DNA of 64,000 nucleotides from Octopus sinensis (taxonomy: Eukaryota), in assembly GCF_006345805.1 (NCBI RefSeq), contig NC_042998.1:185628001-185692000 (forward strand), written 5' to 3'. Shown here one piece after another: positions 39,201 through 52,941 of the stretch; the stretch's first letter is position 1, and each line of letters opens with the position of its first letter. Under the pieces are notes generated by a model. That model was not told the DNA's origin and made no database searches. It saw only the letters and a list, made by a program, of their open reading frames with translations. The position numbers were made by a program, and so were the translations under genes.

Positions 39201-39934
39201 ATTTGGTAGATAGAAACTGAAAGAAGCCCGTCATGTATATATATATGTGTGTGTGTGTGCATGTGTATGCCTATGTTTGTCTCCCCAACATCGCTTGACA
39301 ACCAATTCTAATGTGTTTACATCCCTGTAACTTAGCGGTTCGGCAAAAGAGACTGATACAATAAGTACTAGGCATACAAAGAATAAGTCCTAGGATCGAT
39401 TTGTTCAACTAAAGGCAGTGCTCCAGTATGGCCACAGTCAAATGACTGAAACAAGTAAAAGAGAATTTAAAGAACTAACCCTCTTTTATCATACACAGTC
39501 AATAATTATGCTATATTTAGGATGTCATGTCAACAACTTGTGGGTCTATGATATTCTTGTCAAAGAGAAATAATGAGGCTAATGTTTATTAAGATAAATA
39601 GGAAATAAACATCATCTCAGCACTATCAGTTGTGTTAATGCCTAAAAGGTCAATTGATTTCACTGATAATATATGAATGAACAAGTAATAACTGACCAAT
39701 CAGTTACTCTTGGAGTTCTAAAATGGTTCTTCTTCTTTCAAAAATTTCCACTTTAGAGTAGGTGACATATAAGTAGGCGAAATTTGAATAATTATAATAA
39801 TGAATGTTGTCTTACTAAGGGAATTTACAATATATATATGTATAACTAAAACAATTCAGTCGCTGCAAACACAATTATATACATTTTTTTACAAGTTTTG
39901 TTTTACTAACAAAAAAAAAAAGTGAAAAGGATAC
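36237..39934 (-). other. U12-type (minor spliceosome) GT-AG intron of CCNK
   Basis: 5' splice site GTATCCTTTT (39934-39925) and branch point TTCCTTAAC (36255-36247) about 10 nt upstream of the AG, with no polypyrimidine tract between them. Confidence 0.93.
39071..39463 (+). mobile_element. SINE family B inside the CCNK U12 intron
   Basis: Full-length copy similar to 15045-15425. Confidence 0.85.
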
Positions 39935-40071
39935 AGTCCCATTTTTGAACCAGCATCTAAAATAAAACGAGCACCTTCTCGGCGATATCGTGCCTCAACT
40001 TCTGGTGAGATACCATCTTGATACGATGCAGTGTTTCTTAAGTCTTTCTTTTCAAAAAACCAACAAGGCAT
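39935..40071 (-). CDS. CCNK: Cyclin K coding exon 1
   Basis: MPCWFFEKKDLRNTASYQDGISPEVEARYRREGARFILDAGSKMGL is the cyclin K N-terminus. An acceptor (tgcag|aaaaATG) lies 4 nt upstream of the ATG; donor is GTATCCTTTT. Confidence 0.95.
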
Positions 40072-40927
40072 TTTTCTGCAGAAGAAAAATAAAAAAACAA
40101 AACAATCTGTGTATTAGTTTAATGACAGTTATTCTTGAATTAGTCATTATATTATATTTACGATACATAAGTAGTAGTAATTTCTTACATTGATACACAT
40201 CACTAGAGGAGTGGCGTAGTCAATTGAATAGACCCACGTACATGACTGGTACTTATTTTATCGACTATGAAAGAGGGAAACGCGAAATCAATCCCAGACG
40301 GATTTGATTCAGAACAGAAAAACGAAACTAAATACTGTTAGGCAATTAATTAATCCAGCATTCTATTTTCTCTGCTGATTCTTTCTCTATTTAGAACGAA
40401 ACCGATTTTTGACGTGGATTGAATCGACCGTTTGCTCCCGGTATAATAAAATTACTGAATAAATCTATAACAACCCGGCGTTACAAAAACTGTAGCTAAG
40501 AATGTTTAGTAATAAATTTCTTACAAAGATTTCAGTCGATAAAACTACAAGGGAAGGATATCTGATTGTAAACTATTTATATCTTTCACAACTAATACGA
40601 TTCGAGACAGGATATCGGATTCTTTTCGTTAAGGCATTTTACTTCTCATCATTACACGGCGTTCGCCACATGAACAACAATTAAGCGAAAAACGACAGCA
40701 ATATAATAATGAGAATTAATAAACTAATAGGACCTCAGTGAACTTTGTAACTTTAATATAAATTTTTTCTTCGAAAGGACTCAACATTAAAAAAGTCATA
40801 TTAAAATCATGAAGTTTATACAGGAATAACAACGGACACGAAAAAAGGAATGGCTTTACGGTAAAAGATTATAGTTTCACGGCATTACATGCATCACGGT
40901 TCCACCACGAACAATATATAGGCTTAC

Positions 40928-41150
40928 CCTGAGGAGAGTTATGGTAATCCGTCGGTTACTTTGGTTTGTATTGAAACTGGAATGTATCATGAGTATCAGA
41001 ATAGGCTTTTAGTTGCAGAATTGCTTGAAAAGTAAGGATTACAGAAACAAGAAAAGTTACGAAACGTGAACACTGAAATGATTACAAAATTAACGAAACA
41101 CAGAGCTAAGGAGTGGATAAAGCTAGCGGACTAATCATAATATTAGTCAC
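40928..41150 (-). promoter_or_regulatory. Candidate CCNK non-coding first exon / promoter region
   Basis: The CCNK ATG exon starts at an acceptor, so an upstream exon is needed. A strong donor cagg|gtaagc lies at 40928/40927 in a relatively CpG-richer, repeat-poor stretch. The 5' boundary is a guess. Confidence 0.4.
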
Positions 41151-43472
41151 GCATTTCTATCATTTAGTATTATCTATAACGAAAACAATAGTTTTGATCA
41201 AGGTATACTAATATTTAATTTTAAATAGCATTTATCAATTTTAAAGTTATCTAAATTATAACATTATAAAGACGATAGCTCAAATAGTTTTCTGAAAATC
41301 TCAATGCAGACTTAACACACAATTTCATATAAAGCTAGAAATCTCAGTTTCGAACTCTTCATGGTTGTTTGAATTTTGCTAAATGTCTCTACCTTGAAAG
41401 TTATCTTTTACTGTTTTTCCCCTTGTTCAGATGTAAGATTCGCTGAAATCTTTTGCTTTAGGAACTTGATGAAATTTCGGATTGATTTATTCGCGGAATT
41501 TATAGAAAAATAAGTAACTTCGATGCCCTCGTGCCGCGATTATTTTATATTTTGAAAGATATTTTCCCGTAATTTAAAGTCTAACAAACAGTTGTAAGGT
41601 TTGATAATCCTCTCTATTTCACATGTAAAATTGTAAAGTGCTTTCCCAAGTTTTCTGTAAACTTTTAATAAGCCTATATATTACGATATATAATGAAACC
41701 AGCTGAGGATTTATTTCTCTGTAGTGACACATTCAAGAAAGTTTTGCAACGCAGAATCCTCAAGTTATGGCGTCCAGCAAAAAACTTTCAACTGTTTCAC
41801 TGGTTTCCTGTTTAGTTTCTCTTTCGATTGATGCTGGTTGTTCTTTATTCATTATGATTCTTATAAGTAATTTTCTTATCTACATATAAACTTTATAATG
41901 TCCTTGAATTTACTTTATGATTTTTTTTATAAGGAGTTGGTTGTTTTAAATTATCTTCCAAAAATATACAATTAGCTTTTTTCTGTAATCCGTTTTCAAC
42001 CATATAATAATATTTATTACTTTTGTTTGGATAAAACGATCGGATAAAATTACATGCATTTCACAATTTCTCCCGTTTTATCTTCTACAATGTTAAGTTA
42101 AGTTAATCTTTTGGCTCAAAAAGCAAAAAGCAAGGCCATGTAGGGGGACATGGAGTTATGTACAGGGAGGGTGTTCATGCAAAGAGCTCAGGCCATTTCT
42201 GGTCAAAGTAAATGAGACTAGTTTCTTAATTATCATCCAGTTACTTTATAATCTTCAATCAAAGCAATTAGTTTAACGACTTCCCTCTAGTTGGTAGTGG
42301 AAAGAAATCAACAACTATCAACCCCCTCTTCTGTTTTAAAATAATTTAAACGATTTGTCTTAATATTTTAGTAAAGATGTTTCTTGAACTCGGCACTTCT
42401 TCGTCTCCACGTTCTCTGAAAGTAAGTTTCTACTTCGTTTAAAAATATTTAAAATATGAAAGTGCTTTACAAAATGAAACAGTCAATAAACGAATGTAAA
42501 ATATTGAACAGTAGTCCCTGCAGGATCAATTTCCCTTCAGACAGATGTTAGCGAGGGATTGAAAAGGGGGCGGGCAAATTATGTTCAATACAATTACGAT
42601 TGTTTTAATTTTGCTCACCATCACCAACCACCATGGTGGAGAAAAAAAAATTAAGGATGCAAATTTATTTTGCTTCATTATCAGATGGGGTGAAGAGCAG
42701 AACTTGTGCTATCATTTCTTTATGTTTTTGGTGGAACGGTATTTAAGTGTGAGAATGACTGGGCTACATATAAAATATCCATTGTGAAGTTCTCATTAAA
42801 TTGGACCCACCAAATTTTTTGTAATTACAAAACATGGTTATTAATTCCATAACAATATCGAACGTTAGCAAAATATGAAAACGATTAGCAGGAAATACAT
42901 AAGGCACATTTACTTTTCTGCAAAACCGTGACCTTCTCCATCACCTTTGACTCAGTCTGGTTGTAGTAAAGATACGAAGCTCACTAAATATCCACATCGT
43001 TCATATTTAGAAGGTAAACTAAACGAGTTTATCACAAGAAATTTTCACTAACTTTAGTGTATCATAGAGGATTCTTATTTATTATTGGACGTATGACGTT
43101 GCGAACATGAAATAGCATTTGGGAGCCTATTTAAAGAAAACTGACTAACATGTGAATAGCATTCTATTCAAATTGGAATTGTCGGTGTCACTATTGTTTA
43201 AATTAATTACAAATAAAGTAAATAAATATAATTGGCGTTTCGCCCATGAAAATACTTTCACTTTTTGACTTAGACAAAAAAACATATTTCACTTTCACGA
43301 TGCCCTTGAAAACGAAGAAGCGTCTGACACAGTGAATATTTTCACTTATTTGGGGTCCCTGAAGACAAAGAAGTACTAATACCTAACTACAATGTTACTT
43401 ATTTTTCTGAAGTAGTTAACCTTAATATGATATTCAATTTTCCTTAGGTTCTGTCACATTGGCAGAAATGGT

Positions 43473-43883
43473 GGATCTTTTCGGTTTGAACGGCAGTTTT
43501 TAACATAATTTCTAGGTAACTAAAAAATTTTAAACTTTGTATACTGGTAGAATGTGTTTATAAAACATCTTTTTCTCTTGGCTTTATTGAGAAAATTCTA
43601 TGGTTTGTAAGATATTTGTTGTTCTTTTCTGCAATTTCAACCAATCACTGACGTCTATTGAGGTAAAAAACATTCTGTGCCGTATGAATATGTCCTTCGT
43701 TTAAGAAACAGATTGGGTTTATTTACATTTGTGTAGAAAAAAAAGATACCCTTCCCCCACCCCTAATCCTAACTATAAAACAGATGATTGAAATGTAATA
43801 GATCGATACTAGGGTCATAATTATGGGTGACAATTTCATATGACACCGCAAGAAAAAAACTACTGTTCAAACCGAAAAGATCC
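43473..43883. mobile_element. MITE family E
   Basis: TSD GAAATGGT. Confidence 0.9.
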
Positions 43884-45214
43884 GAAATGGTGATGCCCTT
43901 CCTTCCTTCCTTACGCACCCATTTGGTTATTAAACAGTGTAAGTCGAAGAAAACTTTACTTTGGCATTGGAACTAGTGAGAATTTATTGACTACATCGTC
44001 TATGGCTCAATAGTTGTAGTTATTGCATTTGGATAGAAATATACCCCTCTTCCTCACCCCCCCCCCCAAAAAAAAAAATCCCCCAGAAAATGGTAATCTT
44101 TCTTTGAAAGCTAAAGTTTTACTTTCTATAAGTACAAAAACAAATGCTGATTTTTTGAAATTAAGCTTTACTTTATTTTCATTAGAAATAGCTGATTAAC
44201 TCCCCTTGCGATAGAGGATAGGCATTTTCTAGGAATTTCCAAACATTCGCCGAAAATGTGAACAGTATGAATCTAATCACTTTACATTTTTTCTACTTAT
44301 CTTTAAAATATTTTGTCTAATAATAATAATAATCAACAAGTAATTCATTGTTTCAGTTTACACTAATTTCCTTTTCATTTAACAACATTGTGAGTCTACA
44401 GACTTCACTCGTTGACGTTACTTCACTTTGTACCATCAAACTTAAGTGGATTGATAGTTATTGTAGAATAAATCAAATGGTTGCCTAATGTATAGATTTT
44501 ATTATTATTATTATTGTATTTCGTCTGTCTCTATGTTCTGATTTCAAATTTAGCCGAGGTCGACTTTGCCTTTCATCCTTTCGGGATTGGTAATATAAGT
44601 ATCAGTGAAACATTTAGGACGATATTAATCAACTAGTTCCCTCCCCACATCACCACCAAAAATAATTCTGGCCTTGTGCCTTTGGTAGAAAAGATAATTA
44701 TTGTTAAGACAGCAAGCTGATAGAATCGTTAGCACGCCAAGCAAAATACTTAGCGGCATTTCGTCCCTCTTTACGTTCTGAGTTCAAATTCCGCCGAGAT
44801 CGACTTGGCCTTTCATCATTTCGGGGTCGATGAAATAAGTACCAGTCAAGCACTGGATTCCATGTACTCAACTTACCCCTCCCCAAAATGTCAGGCCTTG
44901 TACTTATATTAGAAAGGATTATATGATTATCTATTTTTATTTTATTTTTATTGTTCATTTATGGGAGAATCTCAAAGCTTGCACAGTTAACATGTTAGAT
45001 TTGGACAGAAGAGCCGTTTGGGTCTTTTTAGTTTTCTTCCAAACACAAATTTTAATATGAACATTTTCAAAAAATCTATTACGTAGCTTTACATGCTGAT
45101 GACGAATATCGCAGTCATTATTTTGGAAAATGAATAATAAAGAAGTTAGAGACATTTAAATTTACGTATTCTTAGCTAATGAATTTCAAGCTAGTGTCCT
45201 AAAAGCAGAAGTTA

Positions 45215-45545
45215 TAAACTGTTTGTTGTGAAAGAATTGACAAGCACTAGGCTTTGCGAGAGGGAATTAGGGATTGGTATGACGACTCCAGTAGACAATA
45301 AGAAATTATTTACTGGAAATCTTTGCGGAAGTGCATACTCGCATATTCCTGAGATACCATGATACCAATTTCGCCATAGAAGGATGAAACGCAACGTTGA
45401 ATTTGTAAACTCTCAGGACGAAACCCATACTCAACAGGTAGAAAGCATTTAGGCCTGTCTTAAGCGAAGGAGTAAGTGGCCCTGTGGCACCCATCGTTCT
45501 GTTGTGGACTCGTATCTCTGCGAGTTTAAGTGCGATCTGTCTGAA
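45215..45545 (+). pseudogene. Merlin/IS1016 (ISXO2-like) DDE transposase relic
   Basis: Single frame with two stops: ...LCERELGIGMTTPVD...SAYSHI...NVEFVNSQDETHTQQVESI*ACLKRRSKWPCGTHRSVVDSYLCEF, matching the Merlin FV.P.TG.HTQ.IES.W...KR...YL.EF pattern. Confidence 0.72.
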
Positions 45546-45959
45546 ATTTTTTTTTCTTTTTGTTGACAATCCATGAGTCTTCGTTTCATTTTGACTGTTA
45601 TTTCTAGCCTGTTCGAAGCAAGACCCGTAACTATGGCAGTAATATTTTTTATTCTAATTTTTATATATAGTTCTTCAAGTGATTGGAAGAAAGCTAAAAT
45701 CATGTTCATTGTCTTCATTACATTCCACGTAAAAGAGAAAAAGAAATTATTCATTATTTCAAAATTGTTTTCTTTAATTAAATTCTTTATGAAAAACTTA
45801 AATTTTTATTCATTCTTTAATTATTTTTTTTAATTTAAGGGTCTATAACGTTTTCAGTTTAAAAAAAATTCGTCTTTCATTCAATTCTCACGGTTCCCTT
45901 TTTGTTTTCATTTCCGAAAATTTGTATACAGTTCTGTGGATAAACAACAATACACTGGA

Positions 45960-45990
45960 GTTGCCACGGCAACAACAGTTTTGACTTCCG
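45960..45990. promoter_or_regulatory. RFX X-box-like palindrome with adjacent ETS-like motif
   Basis: GTTGCCACGGCAAC (45960-45973) and ACTTCCG (45984-45990). Confidence 0.35.
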
Positions 45991-46621
45991 TTTGTAAGGA
46001 TACTGGACTTATTCCATTGGCTAAAATTACGTTACTTTAAAATGTTTCTAACTTCTTTGCTAGTAACTTATCTAAGAAAACTAAAATGCAATTTTCATCA
46101 TCAGCATGCAAAACTACATCAGTGTGGAAAATTTGAAAGCAATCCATTGAAAATTGAAAAATCTCAAAGTGGTTGGAAGAAAAGGAAAAAAGATCTCTCA
46201 GAGATCTGTGGTGCTGTCCACGTGCCTGTTAATACGTATCATAGTACAGGTATGGGCTTGTTGGTAGTTTAAGTACTATATTGTTATAAATTAATAAGTT
46301 CCAGTTCTTTACATCGGGAATAAATGAAAAAAAAAAAAATTATCCCAGTATATTTTCTTCAAGAAAGCTTGAGAAGTTGAGCAGGATTACCATTGTATTA
46401 CAATTATAAAAGAATCATCTCTTTGGCTCTTCTGCCATTACAAAATTGAACTTGCAGATTGGGTGCCATCTTGATGTAATTTCACTTTTCTCACTCATCT
46501 CTTCTCTTTCTATTACTCCTACTGCAACTTGTTCTCTATACTAACCAATCTCTATACTATACTAACCATTCTCTATACTATTTTAACCAATCATTCCTCG
46601 ACATTTCTCAGGTATTTTTTT

Positions 46622-47028
46622 GGATCTTTTCGGTTTGAATGGCAGTTTTTAAAAATAATTTCCACGTAACTAAACACTTTTAAACTTCATATACTGGTAG
46701 AATGTGTTTATAAAACATCTTTTTCTCTTGGTTTTATTGAGAAAATTCTATAGTTTGTAAGATATTTGTTGTTTTTTTTTCTTCAATTTCTGCAATTTCA
46801 ACCAATCACTGACGTCTATTGAGTTGAAAACATTCTGTGCTGTATGAAAATGTCCCTCGTTTATTGGGTTTATTTACATTTCTGAAGAAAAAAGATACCC
46901 TTCCCTACCCCTAATCCTAACCCTAAAATAGATTGAAATGCAATAGATCGATACTAGGGTCATAATTATGGGTGACAATTTCATATGATGCCGCTAGAAA
47001 AAACTGCCATTCAAACCAAAAAAGATCC
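46622..47028. mobile_element. MITE family E
   Basis: TSD ATTTTTTT. Confidence 0.9.
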
Positions 47029-47294
47029 ATTTTTTTTTCTTCATATCCCTATTAGTGATCTTCAGCATTTCAAACTAATAGCTAATGTCCATAGTGCATC
47101 TTCATCACTAGTTAATGTTTAAATTCCATTTTTGTTATAAATTAAAGTGTTCCTAATGTTTTACTATTTCATTATGTTTACTTGGTTTTAATAAAATTAT
47201 TGCTTCAATTATGAAAATAAAATTGCTGTTATAACATCATTACTCTTATGTGTGTTTGTCCTGTTACAATATTTTCATTTGGGCCTTATATTAC

Positions 47295-48680
47295 ATCATC
47301 ATCATTGTTTAACGTCTGTTTTCCATGCTGGCATGGGTTTGACTGATGTCTGGAGAGCCAGCAGCTGCACCAGGTTCTAATCTGATCTGGCAATGTTTCT
47401 ACAGCTGGATGCCCTTCCTAACACCAACCACTCCGAGAGTGTAGTGGGTGCTTTTTATGTGCCACCGGCACAGGAGCCAGTTGGTAGGTACTGGCATCAG
47501 CCATTTTCGGATGGTGCTTTTTATGTGCCACCGGCACGGGAGCCACTCACGGGGCACTACCCACTGCTATGATATTGGTTTTAGTTGACCCAACAGGTCT
47601 TCTCAAACATATGATATCAGGGGTACTCTTAAATGGGGCAGACATGCATGGTTGTGCTCTCGCTTTAGCTGCCAGGTCTTCTCAGTCACAGCATATCTCC
47701 AAAGGTCTCGGTCTCCTGTCATTGCCTCTGTGAAGCCCAGTGTTCAAAAGTCATGCTTCACCTCATCCCATGTCTTCCTGGATCTACCTCTTCCACAGAT
47801 TTTTTCCACAGTTAGGGAGCAGCACTTCCTCACACAGCTGTCCTCATTCATACGTAGCACATGACCATACCAGCACAGTTGCCTCTCTTTCACACCAGAT
47901 TTGATGCTTCTTATGTCCAACTTTTTACTCAGGGCTCTTCCAGTGGATCATATTAGTTTCATTTCTTTCAAGCCTACGCAGCCATGGCTCATGTTTCACT
48001 GCTGTGTAGCATGTCAGCTTGCACACATGCATCATAAAGTCTACCTTTCACTCTGAGTGAGAGGCCCTTTGTTACCAGCTGAGGTAGGAACTCTCCCAGG
48101 CTATTCTTATTCTAGTAGCTATGCTCTCAGTATCCACCCCAGCTACTGACTTGGTCACCTAGGTAGTGGAAACTATCAATTACTTCTAGTTTTTCCCACT
48201 GGCATGTGATAGAATCTGTCTTCTGCACATTTTCAGTGTTTATTGCCCCTGTGCATCTGCCACACACAAAAGCTATCTTCCCTGTTAACCTTCCTTTGAT
48301 GTAACCTGCAGAAGAACATCATAAAAGTGATCCTTCTATTCGTTTGGTAGGCCTGCTTGTGGGGTGTAGGCAGAAATAATTGTAGCTATATCATTCTGCA
48401 AGACTAGCCTGTGTTTAAGTACTTTATCGCACACCTTCACTACCTCTATTACCTTATCCACCCATCTCTCTGCAAGAAGTATGCCCACACCCCCTATTCC
48501 ATCACTTACTTCCTAGAAGAGTTTATACCTATGTGCTTTGCTGGTGAGGACTCTGGCTGAAGCTCTTCTCCACCTTACCTCTTGTATGCAATATATATCA
48601 ACACATCTCTGTTCAAGCATCTCTACAATCTCACTAGACCTACCTTTCGATGTGCCTATATTGACAGTGTCAACTCTGAA
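47295..48680 (-). mobile_element. Internally deleted RTE-clade LINE with family C 3' tail
   Basis: Endonuclease N-terminus TVNIGT..GRSSEIVEMLEQRCVDIYCIQEVRW at about 48680-48510, C-terminal ORF relics, then the family C tail ending in (ATG)n. Confidence 0.82.
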
Positions 48681-49461
48681 AACTGAGAAAGAGATATGAG
48701 GGGTAACACAGGAAGGAGAGATGATATTCAGTACCTGAAAAGAAGGTACCTGTGAACGTTTGGTAACAGACATCATAATAGTTGTTCTGGCTTTTAATCT
48801 ACCATCATTCAAACATGTTAAAATTAAGGTTGTTGCCTCTGCTGGGGGGTGGGAGTAAGGAAACATTGTATATGAAAGTGTTTGGGGCATTGTAAATATA
48901 AGCAGTACAAGCATTGTGGGTGTAAGCATTACTGATGCTGCAGATCTAAATGTAAAAAAAAATTAGAGGGTAAGTTAGCTGCTATCTGGTTTAGTTAGTC
49001 CAGAGATGGGGGCGGAGAGAAAAGGTAAGGGCAGCTAGATTACCAATAAGAGGAAGGGCAACTGGATGTCTGGTAAGAGAAAGATTTCTGGTATTGGGGG
49101 TGGGAAAGAGTGGTCACAACCATGGCACGAAAAAGTCATATTAAGGAGTAAAGCAAAGAAGAAAGAATTATTTTAGAGAAAAGTACGAAATATGTATATA
49201 CATGTAGCCAAGAAACAAGGTTAGTTATTGTAGAGGCAGAACAAACAAAAGAGTTATTTTAGAGAATAGACGAGTTTGAATGAATGAGACGATAAAAAAC
49301 AAGAGAAATTCTTAGCTTAGCTGTGCATATTTTCAAGTGTCATCAAATGGCCAAACTAACAAAAATCTAAGAGTGGTGGGGGTGGGGGTGGAACAGGTGT
49401 AGAGGCCACAGCCAGAAATGGATGAAGATGTTAGACTTTGCTGCAAGCAATCATATTGTCC

Positions 49462-49805
49462 ATTATTATTATTATTATTATTGTTTTTGAGTGAGAGAGC
49501 AGTGCATGCCATCAAAGTGACACAGGGGTAAAATATACAAAGCCCAGTATACCCATCATGACTACCTGTCTGATAAGGGTTCACTAGGCACATACATCAC
49601 AACCATGTGTGCGCAACATGGTAATCTCATATCAAGATAAACAGCACATGACCTTGCAGGTGGGGCCCAGTTAGAATTTTCTCCTGGTCAAATAATCCAT
49701 CCCACTCAAAAGGTCCCTGAATAAGGGTTGTTTAAGGATGTTGAACGAAATACCCATGTTTCCAGAAGTGAATCATTCAAACCCCAAAGAATCCCTCTCA
49801 ACATG
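49462..49805 (-). mobile_element. Retroposon 3' end (family I) with (AAT)n tail
   Basis: Close match to the longer copy at about 55490-56055. Confidence 0.7.
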
Positions 49806-52800
49806 GTTTAGTGGTTAGGGTGTCAGCATCATGATCATAAGATTGTGGTTTTGATTCCTGGACCGGGCGATGTGTTGTGTTCTTGAGCAAAATACTTCAT
49901 TTCATGTTCCAGTCCACTCAGCTGGCAAAAATGAGTGACCCTGCGATGGACTGGTGTTCCGTCCAGCTGGGGAACACATACACCATTGAAACTAGGAAAC
50001 AGGGCCCATGATCCTGGCTAGGCTTTAAAAGGGCACTTTTTTTTTTTAATAATGATGATTACTATCTTTGAGATTTGAAATAATGTGAATATTTTTCCTT
50101 TCTCATTAGTTAAAGTAATATGTAAAGTTGATTTATTTATCTGGCTATATAATGTTTTAACATATTCTCGTCTGTTTTTGTTTATTAACATGAAGGTGAA
50201 AGTCCAGGTCTTTTTAAGATGTCACAATGAATGGAGGAGGATCATAAGAACTAATTTTTGTTGGTGTTATTACAAGTTTGTTGACCAAGTATTTAATATA
50301 TGGTCTGTGAGGTGGAATAACAGGTATGACAAGAGAGCTGTGAAAATCAAATCAGCTGCAATGGAAATATAGCAGAAATAGCAGGTTCAAAGGATTTGAA
50401 GTCATTGTAATCATCATTGTTTAATGTCTGCTTTCCATGCTAGTATGGGTTGGACGGTTCGACCGGGATCTCGGAAGCCAGGAGGCTGCACCAGGCTCCA
50501 GTCTGATCTGGCAGTGTTTCAACAGCTGGATGCCCTTCCTAACGCCAACCACTCCGTGAGTGTAGTGGGTGCTTTTTAGTAGTAAAAATAGATGGGGGAT
50601 GCAGTATGGTAGGTAAGTTTGAAAATTAACAAATATGGGTTTACTTTATTATCACTTCAAATAGAAAGGAGTGGGAGTGGTGCCAATGACTTTTGTAAAA
50701 CTTCTGCATAGTGTTAGCTAAGGGCCTATGTGTGGCTGACAAAGTATAAATAGGAAAGATAGATAAAAGTGTTATCTGACTATCCAGTTCAGAGGTGCCA
50801 AGTCTATTGTATAGACAAAAAAATGATTAAAAAGGCCTGAAGGTGAATGTAGTTAACCTTAAGGTACTCATCATCATCATCATCATCATTGTTTAACGTC
50901 CGTTTTCTGTGCTAGCACAGGTTGGACGGTTCGACCGGGGTTTGGAAAGCCAGGAGGTTGCGCCAGGCGCCAGTCTGATCTGGCAGTGTTTCTACAGCTG
51001 GATGCCCTTCCTAACGCCAACCACTCCGTGAGTGTAGTGGGTGCTTTTTATGTGCCACTGGCACAGGTGCCAGGGGAGGCTGGCAGCGGCCATGATCGGT
51101 TGGTGCTTTTTACGTGCCACCGGCACAGAAGCCGGTCAAGGCGACGCTGGCATCGTACTGGTTGTTGAAATTACAGAACCATGGTAAAAAAGTCTCTGCT
51201 CTGAATACAAGAAGATAGTAGTAAGGAATTAATACTCTATAGCTGGCTCAAGTGAAAGGGATTTATGACTTCTGAAAACAAGAAACATACATCATTTGTA
51301 CAAGACTAGAATGCAATATAAGCAAACTGCTGGATAATTCTTTTGTCTATACCAACTTCAAATTAAAACAAACCAATATGTTATTCCTCTCTGGCACACA
51401 GATTTCTCATCTAACTCTAATCTATTTCTACTGTCCTGATGACACTATATTCCAAGTTGTCTGTGATGACAGAGCATACATTATCATTATGGCTTAACTC
51501 TTATCTGAATGTTAGCAACTGAAACTTCCATATCTTTTGAATCCAAGCTGATGTGTTGGCTGAACTCTGATCTCTCCTGGTGAAGTATATCTTCAATATA
51601 GCTAAAACTTTATGGCAAAAGATCAACCTTCTTCAGAGCGAGAAAATACTCCTAGCTATCAAAACTATTCAACTTTCTATAAAGGCCAAGACCCACAATA
51701 GATTACTTCTCCCATATCTGAGACGGTGCCTTTGCTATATACATAGACATTCCAAACTGAATCCAAAAAATGGCCACCTGACAGATTGGCAAAAATTCAC
51801 TCACCATCGTTCTACAAATTCTGACCCAGAGATATATGCTGTTTTTTCTCTCTGCCTTTCTACCACTTCTGCAATAGTGCTTACTCCTAGGAGATAGCTT
51901 GTCTCATATTTCCTCTGCTCTGGTACTCTTGACTCAGTTACCCCTATTGTCTCCTGCAGTCAGAGCCATATGAACAACTCCATCCAATCCTTTCTCCCAG
52001 AATTTGATCCTCTGAAATTCCTTCCCTGCACATATTTTCCCTTCTGTTGTTGACATATAACTGCTCCAGTGGAACATTAATCATGTTAACCTCATTAGTC
52101 TACAAATAATATTCATTACTTTTAAACAAAGACAATATTTCCTGTGTAGACCATAAAAAATTTCAATACTGAACAAAGCAAAAGTATGCCATTACTAGAA
52201 CAGTGTTCACACATCTGGGGCCATCGTTTGTTTAAAGAAAGCAGTCTCTTGACTCACTGCATTTCATCTGTGCTTTCTTCTGCTCAATACTGTAGATTTT
52301 CAGCAAGTACCAACAGATGTAGCATAGTTATGTGATTCATAACTTAATGGTTTTGGTTTCAATCCTATTGCATTTGGACAAATGTTATCCATTATAGCCT
52401 CAGGCCGACCAAGGCCTTGTGAGTGAAGTTTAGTTGAAGGAAAATGTGTGTGTGTGTGTGTGGATCATTTTTGTCCTTTTGTGGTTGATGTAATCCAGAG
52501 CTTGTTTAACACTTCTACTTCACCTTTGGGTTCCTTTAGCAGAGCTCACTCTGTTGGAGTTATTTGTGTCGGGACTCTAGTCTTAGGATAACTTCCTCTA
52601 TTTCTTTTTCTAGTTTCAGAAAAAAAAAAAAAGGGTCATGAATGTAGTCCTTCTTCCTCAGACATAGAAACAAAATACAAAAACAAACAAATAAACATAA
52701 TACAAAAACAGAATTACAACACACTTCCCAGCAGATGACTGTCACCAGAGAGTACAATAAACAACCCATGTTAATGTCTTGGGAGGCTGTAACCACTTCT

Positions 52801-52941
52801 GTTTGTATGTGACTAGTACTCCTCTCCAACAAGCACAGGATTTTGAGAGGTGCATCTAAAGCTGCTGATGTATACTAGGATTGAGGCAGTGTCTTGTGGA
52901 AAATCCTATACTAACTTCAAATCCTTCACCCCATAATAACA

